Counted from the stretch's first letter, positions 17,143 through 27,462 are shown. The stretch: DNA of 64,000 bases from an uncultured Bdellovibrionales bacterium (GCA_964605525.1 CAZSCV010000001.1:172645-236644), one strand, 5' to 3'. Made by a program: numbers and translations. Notes: a model not told the origin generated them from the sequence alone.

Positions 17143-18132
17143 ATGAAATCAAAAAGCATTCTTTCGCCATTATTCGTATTTTTAATTGTTGTTTTTTTGA
17201 GTTTTTCATTTTTTGTTTTTGCGGATGATAACAAGGATGAAAAAAGCGTTCTCTTGGATTCGGATCAGGACGGGCTCAGTGATCAAGAAGAGAAATCTTA
17301 CGGAACTGATTCTAATAATGCTGATACTGACGGAGATAGTTACTCTGATGGGGTGGAATTGAAGGGTGGATATGATCCGCTTAAGCCCGCTCCTGGAGAT
17401 AAGATTATAAATAACAGCGATGGCACTGTTTTAGCGGAAGGCGTGGGCGGGGAGCAGGATCTTTCAGAAGATGAAAATCTAACCGATGAATTGTCAAAAA
17501 ATGTTGCCAATTTGATTTCTGACGCAAAGTTGAGCGGTGAAGATTTGAGTCTGGCGGATATTGATGAATTAGTTAATACTACGTTGACTTCCAAGGTATC
17601 GTTCGAGGATCTTCCTGATGTGGATGAGGATGAAATTAAAATAAAAAAACAAAATTATGATAAGTTAGATGAAGATGAACGGAAAGAAAAAGAGAATGAA
17701 GATACTCTGGAATATTTGACAGCTGTTTCTTATTTGGCGTTGGATAGTTTTCCTTATCAAATTTCAGAAGAAAAAGATTTAGAGAAATTTTCTCTTGATT
17801 TTGTTTCTCAGTTTTCTCTTTTTCTTTCCGCCTCTCCCGATAGCGAGGAATATTTCAATGATCTGGCGGAAAAAGGCGAAGATTTTCTGGATGCTTTGAG
17901 AGAAATAGAGGTTCCTGAAAATTTGCTAGAAAACCATATTAAGGGAATGCAATTGGCAAATTATGTTATTTCCATGAAAGGAGAGATGACGATTGACCAA
18001 GCCGACCCAATATCTTCGCTTGTCCAGTTGTCAAAAATTCAAGGGCTAATTACTTTAACGGAAGAATATGTGCAGGAAATGCATCTTTTATTCGTAGCCG
18101 CGGGGATATCTGAAATTCCTATAGAATTGTAA
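17143..18132 (+). CDS. secreted acidic protein with thrombospondin-type-3-like Ca-binding Asp repeats
   Basis: Signal peptide; DSDQDGLSDQEE / DTDGDSYSDGVE repeats; highly acidic. Confidence 0.5.
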   Translation: MKSKSILSPLFVFLIVVFLSFSFFVFADDNKDEKSVLLDSDQDGLSDQEEKSYGTDSNNADTDGDSYSDGVELKGGYDPLKPAPGDKIINNSDGTVLAEGVGGEQDLSEDENLTDELSKNVANLISDAKLSGEDLSLADIDELVNTTLTSKVSFEDLPDVDEDEIKIKKQNYDKLDEDERKEKENEDTLEYLTAVSYLALDSFPYQISEEKDLEKFSLDFVSQFSLFLSASPDSEEYFNDLAEKGEDFLDALREIEVPENLLENHIKGMQLANYVISMKGEMTIDQADPISSLVQLSKIQGLITLTEEYVQEMHLLFVAAGISEIPIEL

Positions 18133-18143
18133 AATAAAAATAA

Positions 18144-19046
18144 ATGAATAAATATAGAAAAATAAAAACAATCGCTTTTCTTCTTCTTGTTTGCTTTTTT
18201 GGTATTTTCGAAGGAAAGTCAGCCAGAGCTTCTTGGTGGGGTGAGAATTTTGGTGCCAATGGCGTGCAGATTATGATAGAGGAGTTGAAAAAACAAATCA
18301 AGGACATAGGTCTGGGAGCGGGAAAACAAGCAGCTGCTGAGATGGTTATTGATCAAGTCGATTCAATATTATCAGGATCTTCCGGTAGTGGATCGTTGAT
18401 AATTCAAGATTGGGACGAGTATCTTTTTGAAGCCTCCATGGATAATACTAATTTATACGTGAATGATCTTATTTCTGCAAGTATGGGAGGAAAAAATTCA
18501 AATCTCAATTATATTCCGGCAGGAGGAGATTTTAATTATTCCCGCTATTTGGCAGAATATGCTAAAAAACAGTTGGGTGGTGGCGGATCGATAAAAAAGA
18601 ATTCTTTTATTGAAGAGATTATCGGAGACCCGACTGTTTCTATGACCGGTACTGCCGGCTGGAGGCGGTTTAGCGCTCTCCGGGAGAGTAATCTTATGGG
18701 AAACACCTTGAAAATTCAGTCTGCGATGATGGAAAAGCAAAGACAAGAAGAAAAAAAAGCGGAAATAAAAGCGATTATTGGAGGAGGATACAAAGGTGTT
18801 GAAAGCGGAGGGCAGACAATTACTCCAGGATCAACAGTGAAATCTCTCAAAGATCAGAGTCAAGCTATGAGTTTTAATATTATTTCTTCCGCAAACAGTA
18901 TTCCTGAAGTAATTACTTCGGTTATGTCGAGGGTTGTTTTGCAGACGTTTCAAAAAGGTGTCGGTTCAGTGCGAAGTAATATAAATAAAGAAGAAAATAG
19001 CACTCCTCAAACTCCAAAACCGTGGATTAATCCAAATAGCTATTAG
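18144..19046 (+). CDS. secreted hypothetical protein
   Basis: N-terminal signal peptide; Gly/Ser-rich; no recognised domain. Confidence 0.45.
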   Translation: MNKYRKIKTIAFLLLVCFFGIFEGKSARASWWGENFGANGVQIMIEELKKQIKDIGLGAGKQAAAEMVIDQVDSILSGSSGSGSLIIQDWDEYLFEASMDNTNLYVNDLISASMGGKNSNLNYIPAGGDFNYSRYLAEYAKKQLGGGGSIKKNSFIEEIIGDPTVSMTGTAGWRRFSALRESNLMGNTLKIQSAMMEKQRQEEKKAEIKAIIGGGYKGVESGGQTITPGSTVKSLKDQSQAMSFNIISSANSIPEVITSVMSRVVLQTFQKGVGSVRSNINKEENSTPQTPKPWINPNSY

Positions 19047-19134
19047 GAAAATTCAATTTTTTCAATATTAAAAAACAAGCTTTTTTAAGTTTGTTTTTTT
19101 AAATGGATAAATATTTTAAGTGTGTAAGTCTTAA

Positions 19135-20337
19135 TTATTTTATTTTTATAATTTCCATTTTTTGCAAAGCAGATATTACATATTTTGATATGGAGAGATT
19201 TTTTTCAATATCTTTTATTTGAAATAGGTTGGCGCGCGTTTCCGGGTGCTTGGGAACAAATCGAGTACAACAATCTTCGTGAGGTAAAATGGATGTTTTA
19301 AATGTTCCGATTTCTTGAGCCTTGGCGATGATTTCTTCTTTGTCAAATCCGATTAGGGGTCGTAAAATTGGAATTTGCACCGATTCATTGATAGCATTGA
19401 TATTTTCCAATGTTTGTGAAGCAACTTGAGCGACTGATTCTCCTGTATAGAGCGCCAAATACCTCTCTTTTTTTGCTAAAGATTCGGCTATTTGAAACAT
19501 CAGGCGGCGATAAAAAATCACTCGCAATTTTTCCGGAACATTAATTACTATCTCTTTTTGAATTTCTCCGAATGGAATGAGGAATATTTTCGAATTAAGC
19601 TGGAATTTTGCGGTGATTTTTGCCAGCTTTTTGACTTTTTCCACTGATGCCGGAGAAACAAACGGCATAGAATGAAAATGGATAAAATCGATTTTTACTC
19701 CTCTTTTCATTCCAAAATGGGCGGCAACCGGAGAATCAATTCCTCCGGAAAGAAGTGCTAAAGCTTTTCCGGAGGCTGAAACAGGAATTCCTCCGCTTCC
19801 TTTTATTTTTTTAAAATATACAAAAGATGTTTTTTCGGTTATTTCAATAAAACAATTAAGATCCTGATTTTTCAGACTCACTTTTATTTTTGGGAATTTT
19901 TTTTCGAGTTTCAGGAATATATAGCTTCCGATTTGCTGGTTGATTTGGTTTGAGGTAAAGGGGAAGTTTTTATCTGATCGGCGAGTGCTTATTCTGAATG
20001 TTTTCAATTTTTTTTCGAGTTTTTCTTTTTTGACGATTTCCCAGATATTTTTTTGGATTTCTTCCAGATCTCGAGAAAAATTCCAAGCAAAAGAAAAATT
20101 GGCAATTCCAAAAACCAGTTTTAGAATTCCGGTTATTTTATTTTCCGTTTCAGTGTCAATGCTTGTTGGAGTGGAAACCAAAATGCGTCCAAAGAGATTT
20201 TTGGTTTCAAATTCCATCTGCGGAAAGTCCCGTTGCAGAAAATCTCGGATATTTTGGACTAAGATAGTTTCAAAATATTTGCGATTTCCTCCTTTGAGGG
20301 CGATTTCATTATAGTGGATTATGATGTGTCGCTTCAT
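19135..20337 (-). CDS. thiI: tRNA 4-thiouridine(8) synthase
   Basis: THUMP-like N-terminus; PP-loop SGGIDSPVAA. Confidence 0.85.
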   Translation of the reverse strand: MKRHIIIHYNEIALKGGNRKYFETILVQNIRDFLQRDFPQMEFETKNLFGRILVSTPTSIDTETENKITGILKLVFGIANFSFAWNFSRDLEEIQKNIWEIVKKEKLEKKLKTFRISTRRSDKNFPFTSNQINQQIGSYIFLKLEKKFPKIKVSLKNQDLNCFIEITEKTSFVYFKKIKGSGGIPVSASGKALALLSGGIDSPVAAHFGMKRGVKIDFIHFHSMPFVSPASVEKVKKLAKITAKFQLNSKIFLIPFGEIQKEIVINVPEKLRVIFYRRLMFQIAESLAKKERYLALYTGESVAQVASQTLENINAINESVQIPILRPLIGFDKEEIIAKAQEIGTFKTSILPHEDCCTRFVPKHPETRANLFQIKDIEKNLSISKYVISALQKMEIIKIK

Positions 20338-20454
20338 ATCTCGTTAAGATTACGCAAAAAGGGCGATTATGTCAATAAACAGCCTGTATTGTAGCCATCT
20401 TTTATTTAAGGTATAATAAAAAGTGAAATTGATAATAAATATTTATAAAATTAT

Positions 20455-21405
20455 ATGCCTAACCAGGAATTGGAAAAATTGGATATTTCAGTAGTGGTGC
20501 CTTTGTATAATGAAGAGGGCAATGTTGAGAAATTGCATGAAAAGATATTGGCGGCATGCAAAAAATTGGGACGCAGCTTTGAAATTATTTTTGTGGATGA
20601 CGGATCAAATGATGCAACTGTGGAAAAATGCAAAAATTTATCCCCATTGGTCTTGATCGAGCAACGGAAAAATTTTGGACAGACTGCGGCTTTCGATGCT
20701 GGTTTCAAAGCGGCGCAGGGAGAATTGATCGTGACAATGGATGGTGATTTGCAAAATGATCCGGATGATATTTCAAAACTGCTAGATAAGATGAAGGAAG
20801 GGTATGATGTGGTTTCCGGATGGCGCTGGCAAAGAAAAGATTCCCTGAGCAAGCATTTGTCTTCCAGGGCGGCAAATATTCTTCGAAAAATTCTTATTCA
20901 TGATAATATTCATGATAGCGGATGCTCGTTGAAGGTATACCGGGCTGAAGCGCTCAAGACAATTGATTTGTTTGGGGAAATGCATCGTTTTATTCCAGCG
21001 ATATTGGAGTTGGATGGTTGGAAGGTGGGAGAAGTGAAAGTGAATCACCATCCGCGAGTAGCGGGAGTGACAAAATATAACTGGAAACGAGGAGTAAAGG
21101 GAATTGTTGATATGATTTCGGTTTGGTTTTGGAGGAAATATTCCAGTCGTCCGTTGCATCTTTTCGGGGGAAGCGGAGCATTCCTTTCGTTTTCCGGTGT
21201 TGTAATTTTAATTTGGATGCTGGTTGAAAAAATATTTTTTGGAGCTGAGCTTTCCGACAAAATATGGCCACTTGTAGGATTGTTTATGATTTTGGTCGGC
21301 GTCCAGCTTTTTGTTTCGGGACTTCTTGCAGATATTATGGTGAAAAATTATTACAAAAATCACGGAAGAATGAATTATGTGATAAAGTCTATTAAACGAC
21401 AGTAG
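20455..21405 (+). CDS. family 2 glycosyltransferase (polyprenol-phosphate sugar transferase-like, C-terminal TM)
   Basis: ISVVVPLYNEEGNV, FVDDGSND, DGDLQNDP motifs plus 2 C-terminal TM helices. Confidence 0.8.
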   Translation: MPNQELEKLDISVVVPLYNEEGNVEKLHEKILAACKKLGRSFEIIFVDDGSNDATVEKCKNLSPLVLIEQRKNFGQTAAFDAGFKAAQGELIVTMDGDLQNDPDDISKLLDKMKEGYDVVSGWRWQRKDSLSKHLSSRAANILRKILIHDNIHDSGCSLKVYRAEALKTIDLFGEMHRFIPAILELDGWKVGEVKVNHHPRVAGVTKYNWKRGVKGIVDMISVWFWRKYSSRPLHLFGGSGAFLSFSGVVILIWMLVEKIFFGAELSDKIWPLVGLFMILVGVQLFVSGLLADIMVKNYYKNHGRMNYVIKSIKRQ

Positions 21406-21435
21406 TTTCTTGTATCGGTTGATGTTTTTCGAAAA

Positions 21436-22602
21436 ATGAAGAAATATGAAAAAATGAAAATACTCTTTTTTAATTATGAATATCCTCCTTTGGGAGGAGG
21501 GGCGGCGAATGCCACTTTTTTCATTTTGCGCGAATATACGAAAAATGACAGCTTGGAAGTGGATTTGATTACTTCTTCTATTGACGGAGATTATCATTTG
21601 GAAAATGCCGGAAAGAATGTGCGCATCCATCGCTTGCCGATTGGAAAAAATAAGCACAATTTGCATTTCCAGTCGCAAAAAGAGCTTATTGTGTATGCCT
21701 GGAAAGCGTTTTTCTTTGCCAATAAATTAGTTAAAAAAAATAGGTATGACGTGACACATTCTTTTTTTACGGTTCCTTGTGGGGCGATTTCTTGGGCGCT
21801 TTGGTTGCGGTATAAAATACCGTATATTATTTCTTTGCGGGGAAGCGATGTTCCTGGGTACAGTGATCGATTCGGATTTATTTACAAGACAATATCCTTT
21901 TTTATTAAACATATTTGGAATAAATCTGTGGCGGTTGTTGCAAATAGCAAGGGACTTAAAAATTTGGCGCATAAAACGGATAGCAAACAAGAGATTGGCG
22001 TGATTTATAATGGAATAGATATCGATGAATTTAAGGCGGATACTCTGATAAAGGAAGAGGGGAAAATTTATTTGACAGTAGGAGCGACAAGGGTGACTAC
22101 CCGCAAGGGAATTGATTATTTGATTGAGGCGGTAGATTTGTTGAAAGAAAAATTTCCCAATATTTTTTTGGAAATTATGGGAGAAGGTGATGCGAAAAAT
22201 GATTTGGAAAATAAAACAAAAAATCTTGGATTGGAAAAAAAAGTGAAGTTTCTTGGGAGAGTTCCGCGGGAGAAAACTTTTTCTTATTATCAAAAAGCGG
22301 ATATTTTTGTTTTGCCGTCACTCAATGAAGGGATGAGTAATGCGATGCTGGAGGCGCTTTCCAGTGGTTTGCCAATTGTTGCGACCAATACCGGCGGAGC
22401 GGATGAATTAGTCAGAGATGGTGTCAATGGTTCTATCGTGAAGATGAAAGATGCTCGAGATTTGGCGGAAAAACTGGAAAAAATAATTTCCAATAAAGAA
22501 TTGAGAGAACAGATGGGGCGCGAGAGTCGAAAAATTGCCGAGAAGATGAGTTGGGAAAAAGTGGCAAAGCAGTATGTGAATTTGTACAGAAATGTTGGTT
22601 GA
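21436..22602 (+). CDS. family 4 glycosyltransferase
   Basis: EGMSNAMLEALSSGLPIVATNTGGADELV (GT4 E-x7-E region). Confidence 0.8.
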   Translation: MKKYEKMKILFFNYEYPPLGGGAANATFFILREYTKNDSLEVDLITSSIDGDYHLENAGKNVRIHRLPIGKNKHNLHFQSQKELIVYAWKAFFFANKLVKKNRYDVTHSFFTVPCGAISWALWLRYKIPYIISLRGSDVPGYSDRFGFIYKTISFFIKHIWNKSVAVVANSKGLKNLAHKTDSKQEIGVIYNGIDIDEFKADTLIKEEGKIYLTVGATRVTTRKGIDYLIEAVDLLKEKFPNIFLEIMGEGDAKNDLENKTKNLGLEKKVKFLGRVPREKTFSYYQKADIFVLPSLNEGMSNAMLEALSSGLPIVATNTGGADELVRDGVNGSIVKMKDARDLAEKLEKIISNKELREQMGRESRKIAEKMSWEKVAKQYVNLYRNVG

Positions 22603-22802
22603 TTATTTTTCGTTTTCCAAAAATATAATTTTTTATAAAAATTTCCGGGGCCAGGTCACGAACTTTATAGTTCTAATGGAAAGATGATTCCGATAATATC
22701 ACTGGATAAAATGTATCAATTTTCCATGGTTCCCACCAAAAATTTTTATAAAAAATTATATTTTTGGAAATTAATCTAAGAATACTCATTTTTTATTAAA
22801 TT

Positions 22803-23744
22803 ATGTCAAAAAGATCAAAGAATATAGTTAAAATTATAGTAAGCTTGATTTTGGTCGGCTGGTTGATTTTTTCTGTTAATTGGAAAGAAGTTTTGGGATA
22901 TTTGATTGGGGTTAATTTTTATTTTCTTTTGCTGTTTGTGATATTGTACGTAGTGGGAATACTTATTTCTTCTTATAAATGGAAAATACTGGCTAATTTT
23001 AAGGGATTTTCACAGCCATTTTATTTTTTTGTTAAGACATATGTTCTCGGAATATTTCTGAATAATTTTTTTCCTTCTTTTGTGGGAGGGGATACATATC
23101 GCGTCGTGGCGTTGGGACGCGCGGAAAAAAAAATCCATTCCAGTGCTTCATCGGTGGTTTTTGATAGAGTGAGCGGACTTTTAACTGCGATGATTTTGGG
23201 TGTGGTTTTTGGATTGTTTAATTTGGGGGTGATGGAGAAATTTGCAATTTGGAATTATTTTATTTATGGAGTAGGAGTAGTGCTTCTTATTGTCGCTGGC
23301 TTGGCATATTTTTATCCATCCAAATTTGTTCAAAGGATTTCTGGTTTTTTACCGAAAGTTATTTCCAAACATTTTGAAGAATTGTCTGAGTATCGAAATT
23401 TTAAAATAATTTTTTTCTCAATGATTTGGGCAACTGGTTTCTCTTTTGTCGGATTGGCATTTTGTAATTATGTATTGTTTGCGGCTGTCGGAATTAATAT
23501 CGGAGTACTTAACTATTTAAGTGTAATTTTTTTCATTAGCATTATTTCTTCCGTTCCAATAAGTGTTGGAAATATTGGAGTGAAAGAATGGGCGTATATC
23601 GCATTTTTTGGTATTTTCGGAGTGCCATCAAGCGCCGCGATTTCTGTGGTGATTTTGAGCAGGGTTATCCAACTTTTGGTAAGCTTGGTTGCATTGCCGC
23701 TTTATTTGCAGGACACAAAAATGGAAGAAAAAATAGGGAATTAG
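22803..23744 (+). CDS. flippase-like / lysylphosphatidylglycerol-synthase-TM-like membrane protein
   Basis: 8 TM; N-terminal KIIVSLILVGWLIFSVNWKEV typical of the UPF0104 flippase-like family. Confidence 0.55.
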   Translation: MSKRSKNIVKIIVSLILVGWLIFSVNWKEVLGYLIGVNFYFLLLFVILYVVGILISSYKWKILANFKGFSQPFYFFVKTYVLGIFLNNFFPSFVGGDTYRVVALGRAEKKIHSSASSVVFDRVSGLLTAMILGVVFGLFNLGVMEKFAIWNYFIYGVGVVLLIVAGLAYFYPSKFVQRISGFLPKVISKHFEELSEYRNFKIIFFSMIWATGFSFVGLAFCNYVLFAAVGINIGVLNYLSVIFFISIISSVPISVGNIGVKEWAYIAFFGIFGVPSSAAISVVILSRVIQLLVSLVALPLYLQDTKMEEKIGN

Positions 23745-23782
23745 AATTTATTTTGTGCAAGTGGGTAGTAATAAATGTAAAT

Positions 23783-23803
23783 TTTAACTTTTAACTTTTA
23801 ACT
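23783..23803. repeat. tandem repeat (ttttaac)x3
   Basis: Direct reading of the sequence. Confidence 0.6.
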
Positions 23804-23841
23804 TTGGTTTCTTGAGCAAGAATACCAAGTTATGCAAAACT

Positions 23842-24231
23842 ATGGCAAACGTATCATTGAAAAATCAGATCTATAAATGCAATGTCTGCGGAAATATCGT
23901 GGAGGTGGTTAATGTTGGAGGCGGAGAATTGGTTTGTTGCAACCAGCCAATGGAACTTTTGGAGGCAAAAACACAAGATCAAGGAATGGAAAAACACGTT
24001 CCCGTAATTGAAGTGAATGGGGAGGGAGTTGTGGTGAAAGTAGGAGAAGTGGCGCATCCAATGGAAGAAACTCATTATATTCAGTGGATTGAAGTGATAA
24101 CCAAAGATGGAAAAAGTTGTCGAAAATATCTTAGGTCTGGCAATGCTCCTGAGGCTGAATTTGCGATTAATAAGGAAGAAATTGAAGAAGTTAGGGAGTA
24201 TTGCAATATTCACGGATTGTGGAAAAAATAA
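23842..24231 (+). CDS. dfx: desulfoferrodoxin (2Fe superoxide reductase)
   Basis: N-terminal desulforedoxin CxxC...CC ([12 protein letters not shown]...VCCNQ); SOR domain EKHVPVIE...H...C; ATG 23842 preferred over TTG 23812. Confidence 0.8.
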   Translation: MANVSLKNQIYKCNVCGNIVEVVNVGGGELVCCNQPMELLEAKTQDQGMEKHVPVIEVNGEGVVVKVGEVAHPMEETHYIQWIEVITKDGKSCRKYLRSGNAPEAEFAINKEEIEEVREYCNIHGLWKK

Positions 24232-24294
24232 GGAGTGTTTTTTAGAAAATCGCGCGAGTTTTAGATATTATCTGCTCTGTCGATTAAATTGAAT

Positions 24295-24831
24295 CTAGGA
24301 AAATATTTTCTGTTCAATTTCAGGAATGAGAGCTGTGATTTTTTCTGTTTCTTGGTCGGAAAGTTTTCCAAGGACGAAATCGTGAGCACCTAATCGGCAG
24401 TTGGGAGTGTTGGTTGTTTCTGCTCCTAATCCGATCCTAAATCTTCTGAGTTCTTGAGTGCCGATTTTTTCAATAATATTTTGTACTCCGTTGTGTCCGG
24501 CCGAAGAAGAGTTGGTTGCTATTTTGAACGTTCCTAGGAGAATGTCCAAGTCGTCATGAATGATGATTATTTCCTGGGGAGTTAATTTGTAAAAATTCAT
24601 CAATTTTTGCACTGATTCTCCGGATAGATTCATAAATGTTTGCGGTTTGGCGAGAATTATCCTTTTTCCATTTTGAGTTTCGGTTGAAATTTCTGCGTTG
24701 AATTTTTTTTCTATTTTAAACTGCGGAAAATTCCATTTTTCTTGTAATTTATCCAGCAGGATAAACCCTGCATTGTGCCGGGTTTTTTCGTATTCTTTTC
24801 CAGGATTCCCTAGTCCGATGATTAGCAACAT
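24295..24831 (-). CDS. pth: peptidyl-tRNA hydrolase
   Basis: MLLIIGLGNPGKEYEKTRHNAGF. Confidence 0.9.
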   Translation of the reverse strand: MLLIIGLGNPGKEYEKTRHNAGFILLDKLQEKWNFPQFKIEKKFNAEISTETQNGKRIILAKPQTFMNLSGESVQKLMNFYKLTPQEIIIIHDDLDILLGTFKIATNSSSAGHNGVQNIIEKIGTQELRRFRIGLGAETTNTPNCRLGAHDFVLGKLSDQETEKITALIPEIEQKIFS

Positions 24832-24853
24832 ATATTTTTAATATTAGGTTTTG

Positions 24854-26467
24854 TTATTTTTGTTCAAATAGATCCAGATACATTTGATCAATATTAGAAT
24901 CCTGAATGTCTTCGACAGAGTCTTCTTCGAATGAATAGAGTGGGATTAGATCATCGCCCAGTGTTATTATGAAATCATAATCCTCCAATTCAATGTTATT
25001 TAGTATAGCATTTTTACTGTCAGATATGGTAGCTGGAAGTTTTTTGGCGATTTCATTAAGAGTGAATGGTTTCGATCTTCCTGTTGCATCAAAAACTGAA
25101 GTGGTAGAGATTTTTTCTTTGGTTGGATTTTTAATAATTGAAACAGTTCCTAGTTTGATTTTGTCTTGCAATAATCCGACTATTTTTTGAGCGAGTGCGG
25201 TTTCATTGCTAGCGTTTATAATGGCAATTTTTGCCTCTTCTTTTATTATCGCCTCGTTCTTTTTGGCGGCAAAATCGAGATTGAAAATATTAGAGGATAA
25301 TTCTTGAATTTCGCTATAATTTCCAGCTCTTGGAACCAGGATGAAGGCTCGGGTATCTCCATAAAAAACGTGAGAAACTTTGAGTAAACTGTCTTTTTTC
25401 CAAGCATCCACCACCGTGGTGGAAATATTCTGAGTATCCACTTGTCGACTAAGTTCGATGAAACTTTTTATTTCATCTAATTGTATATTTGTTTTTACGT
25501 GGCCTCCTAATGTATCTAGTAGGTTATTAATGGTGATGAAATTGAAGAATGTTTTTAGGGAGAATGCTTTGTTTTTGACAGCCTGGATGACTTGCTGTTG
25601 TCGTTTGGCTCGTCCGAAATCTCCCTCTGGGTCATTGTGGCGTTCGCGCGCGTATTTGAGGGCGGTGGCACCGTCAATTTTTTGCAGACCTTTTTTTATT
25701 TCAAATGTTTCATAGCTATAATTCGGTCCAGGATATCTAGTATCATAAATATCCCTTTCAACATTAACGTTAATTCCCCCAAGATTGTCAATTATTTTTT
25801 CAAAACCTTCAAAATCGACAACCAGGAAATAGAGGATGTTGAGTCCGGTAATGTTTTCAACAGTTTCTTTTATAGGCGTTATTCCTTGGTCATTGTCTAA
25901 TCCATATTGGTAAACAGAGTTTATTTTCGTGTATTTTGTTGTTTTTGGAATGTTTGCGTAGAGGTCGCGCGGAAGTGAAAGAAGCCCGATTTTTTTGGTA
26001 GTCGTGTTGATGCTCATGATTATAATAGTGTCAGTAAGATTTTTCCCCGGCTTGTTTTCCCCTGCAATTCCAAGCATCAGAATATTTATTCTTCCATCAT
26101 TTTCTCCTTCTAAGGTGATTTTTTCTTGACTGGAAAGTAAGGAAGAAAGCGGAAGAAGAGGGCTTTCGTTTGATGATTTTCCACTGTCATTTGACGACAG
26201 GGTTATTTTTTGTCCTATTGAATTTATTTTCCAGGAAAAATAAACAGGAATAGAAATTAGCAGGGCAAGAAAAAAAAGAGTGAAGAATATTTTTTTTAGG
26301 ACTGATCCTTTCTTCCGTTTTTCTTTTTTGATTGGTTCTGATTTCTGAGGCACAAAGTGGTTGTCATCATCTGAGGGATATTGAAAGCGGACACTTTTTT
26401 TGGGAGTAAAAGCGTTAAAGTTTTTTGGTTTTTCTTGAGGCAACTTTTTTTTTCTGACGATATCCAT
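24854..26467 (-). CDS. LCP-family (LytR-CpsA-Psr) cell-envelope phosphotransferase
   Basis: N-terminal TM; RINILMLGIAGE...LTDTIIIMSIN...LLSLPRDLY LCP core; C-terminal LytR_C-like region. Confidence 0.75.
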   Translation of the reverse strand: MDIVRKKKLPQEKPKNFNAFTPKKSVRFQYPSDDDNHFVPQKSEPIKKEKRKKGSVLKKIFFTLFFLALLISIPVYFSWKINSIGQKITLSSNDSGKSSNESPLLPLSSLLSSQEKITLEGENDGRINILMLGIAGENKPGKNLTDTIIIMSINTTTKKIGLLSLPRDLYANIPKTTKYTKINSVYQYGLDNDQGITPIKETVENITGLNILYFLVVDFEGFEKIIDNLGGINVNVERDIYDTRYPGPNYSYETFEIKKGLQKIDGATALKYARERHNDPEGDFGRAKRQQQVIQAVKNKAFSLKTFFNFITINNLLDTLGGHVKTNIQLDEIKSFIELSRQVDTQNISTTVVDAWKKDSLLKVSHVFYGDTRAFILVPRAGNYSEIQELSSNIFNLDFAAKKNEAIIKEEAKIAIINASNETALAQKIVGLLQDKIKLGTVSIIKNPTKEKISTTSVFDATGRSKPFTLNEIAKKLPATISDSKNAILNNIELEDYDFIITLGDDLIPLYSFEEDSVEDIQDSNIDQMYLDLFEQK

Positions 26468-26746
26468 AAGATGTAGGTATAATAATGTTATGGTAGCTCA
26501 ATTTGCAGCCTGGTGTCAAAGTTCCTAAAGAACATACTTTTATCAGAATATGGTAAAGAGTATATTAACAAAACGCACTCTATCTAATAGAGGATAAATT
26601 GTTTATAGAAGTGGAAAGATAGTTGAAAATGCTAGAAAAAGAATGAAATAAAACTTTCTAAGGCCTGTAAAATATTATATAATAATCCCATAGGTAAACA
26701 AATTAAAAAACGGAAAATAAATATGCCTATAACAAATTTAAAATAA

Positions 26747-27141
26747 ATGGATAAAAAAAATACAACAACAAAAATCGCCATTTTCCAAAAAAAAGAAATT
26801 CGTAAAACTATTTACAAAAATGAATGGTGGTTTTCGGTTGTTGATGTAATTTTAGCTTTAACTGACAGTGTAAATCCAAATGATTACTGGTATCGAATGA
26901 AAGTTAGAGTAAAAGATGAAAGTGAAATTGAGTTATCGACAATTTGTCGACGACCGAAATTCATCGGACGGAAAATTCAGAAGGAGTGTTAAAATTAAAA
27001 CAAGATGCCAATAGGGGCGGAAAGATAGCTGGCAATGCCAGAAAAGAACTTGAGAGGGAGTTGGGCAGACCAGTCGTTTCCAAAAAGAATTTCAAAAAAT
27101 CAAACGAAAGGAAAAAAATAAAAAGATTGACTTTTGGTTGA
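26747..27141 (+). pseudogene. degraded DinD/BRO-N-like (prophage antirepressor-type) gene
   Basis: First ORF matches the DinD-like N-terminus (IRKTIYKNEWWFSVVDVILALTDSVNPNDYWYRMKVR...ELSTICR). Overlapping second ORF in another frame matches the C-terminus (GGKIAGNARKELERELGRPVVSKKNF). The ~120-aa middle is missing. Confidence 0.5.
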
Positions 27142-27243
27142 AAAAGGTGTATAATAGAAGGGTGAGGTGAGGAAATCTTGTAGATTAGGCTATATTAATA
27201 AGGTTGTTGTAATAATTAACTTGTTCTCTGGGGGAGAAAAAAA

Positions 27244-27399
27244 ATGGAAACAAAAAAAGTAGAAAAACGCGAAAAATGTGCTCATTGCGAGAAAAGAAAA
27301 AAAGAAGAGGATGGACAGAATGAAGTCAATTTTGCTGTTTTGTTGGCACTGGTTCCTTTAATGGTGCTAACTCTTTTCGGTCAGCTTAATTTGCTTTAA
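27244..27399 (+). CDS. small hypothetical tail-anchored membrane protein (51 aa)
   Basis: Not in the ORF track; RBS gggggagaaaa; basic/acidic N-terminus with CAHC, C-terminal TM; followed by a perfect terminator hairpin. Confidence 0.3.
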   Translation: METKKVEKREKCAHCEKRKKEEDGQNEVNFAVLLALVPLMVLTLFGQLNLL

Positions 27400-27433
27400 T
27401 GATTCGTCCGGATATTTTTGATATTTAATGCTG

Positions 27434-27462
27434 AATGCTCCGACTCTGTCGGAGCATTTTTA
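27434..27462 (+). terminator. Rho-independent terminator
   Basis: aatgctccgac-tct-gtcggagcatt then ttt. Confidence 0.55.

Noticed and set aside
21208-22293. Minus-strand ORFs 21208..21678 and 21727..22293
   Set aside because: Antisense to the GT2/GT4 genes. AT-rich antisense frames commonly stay open.
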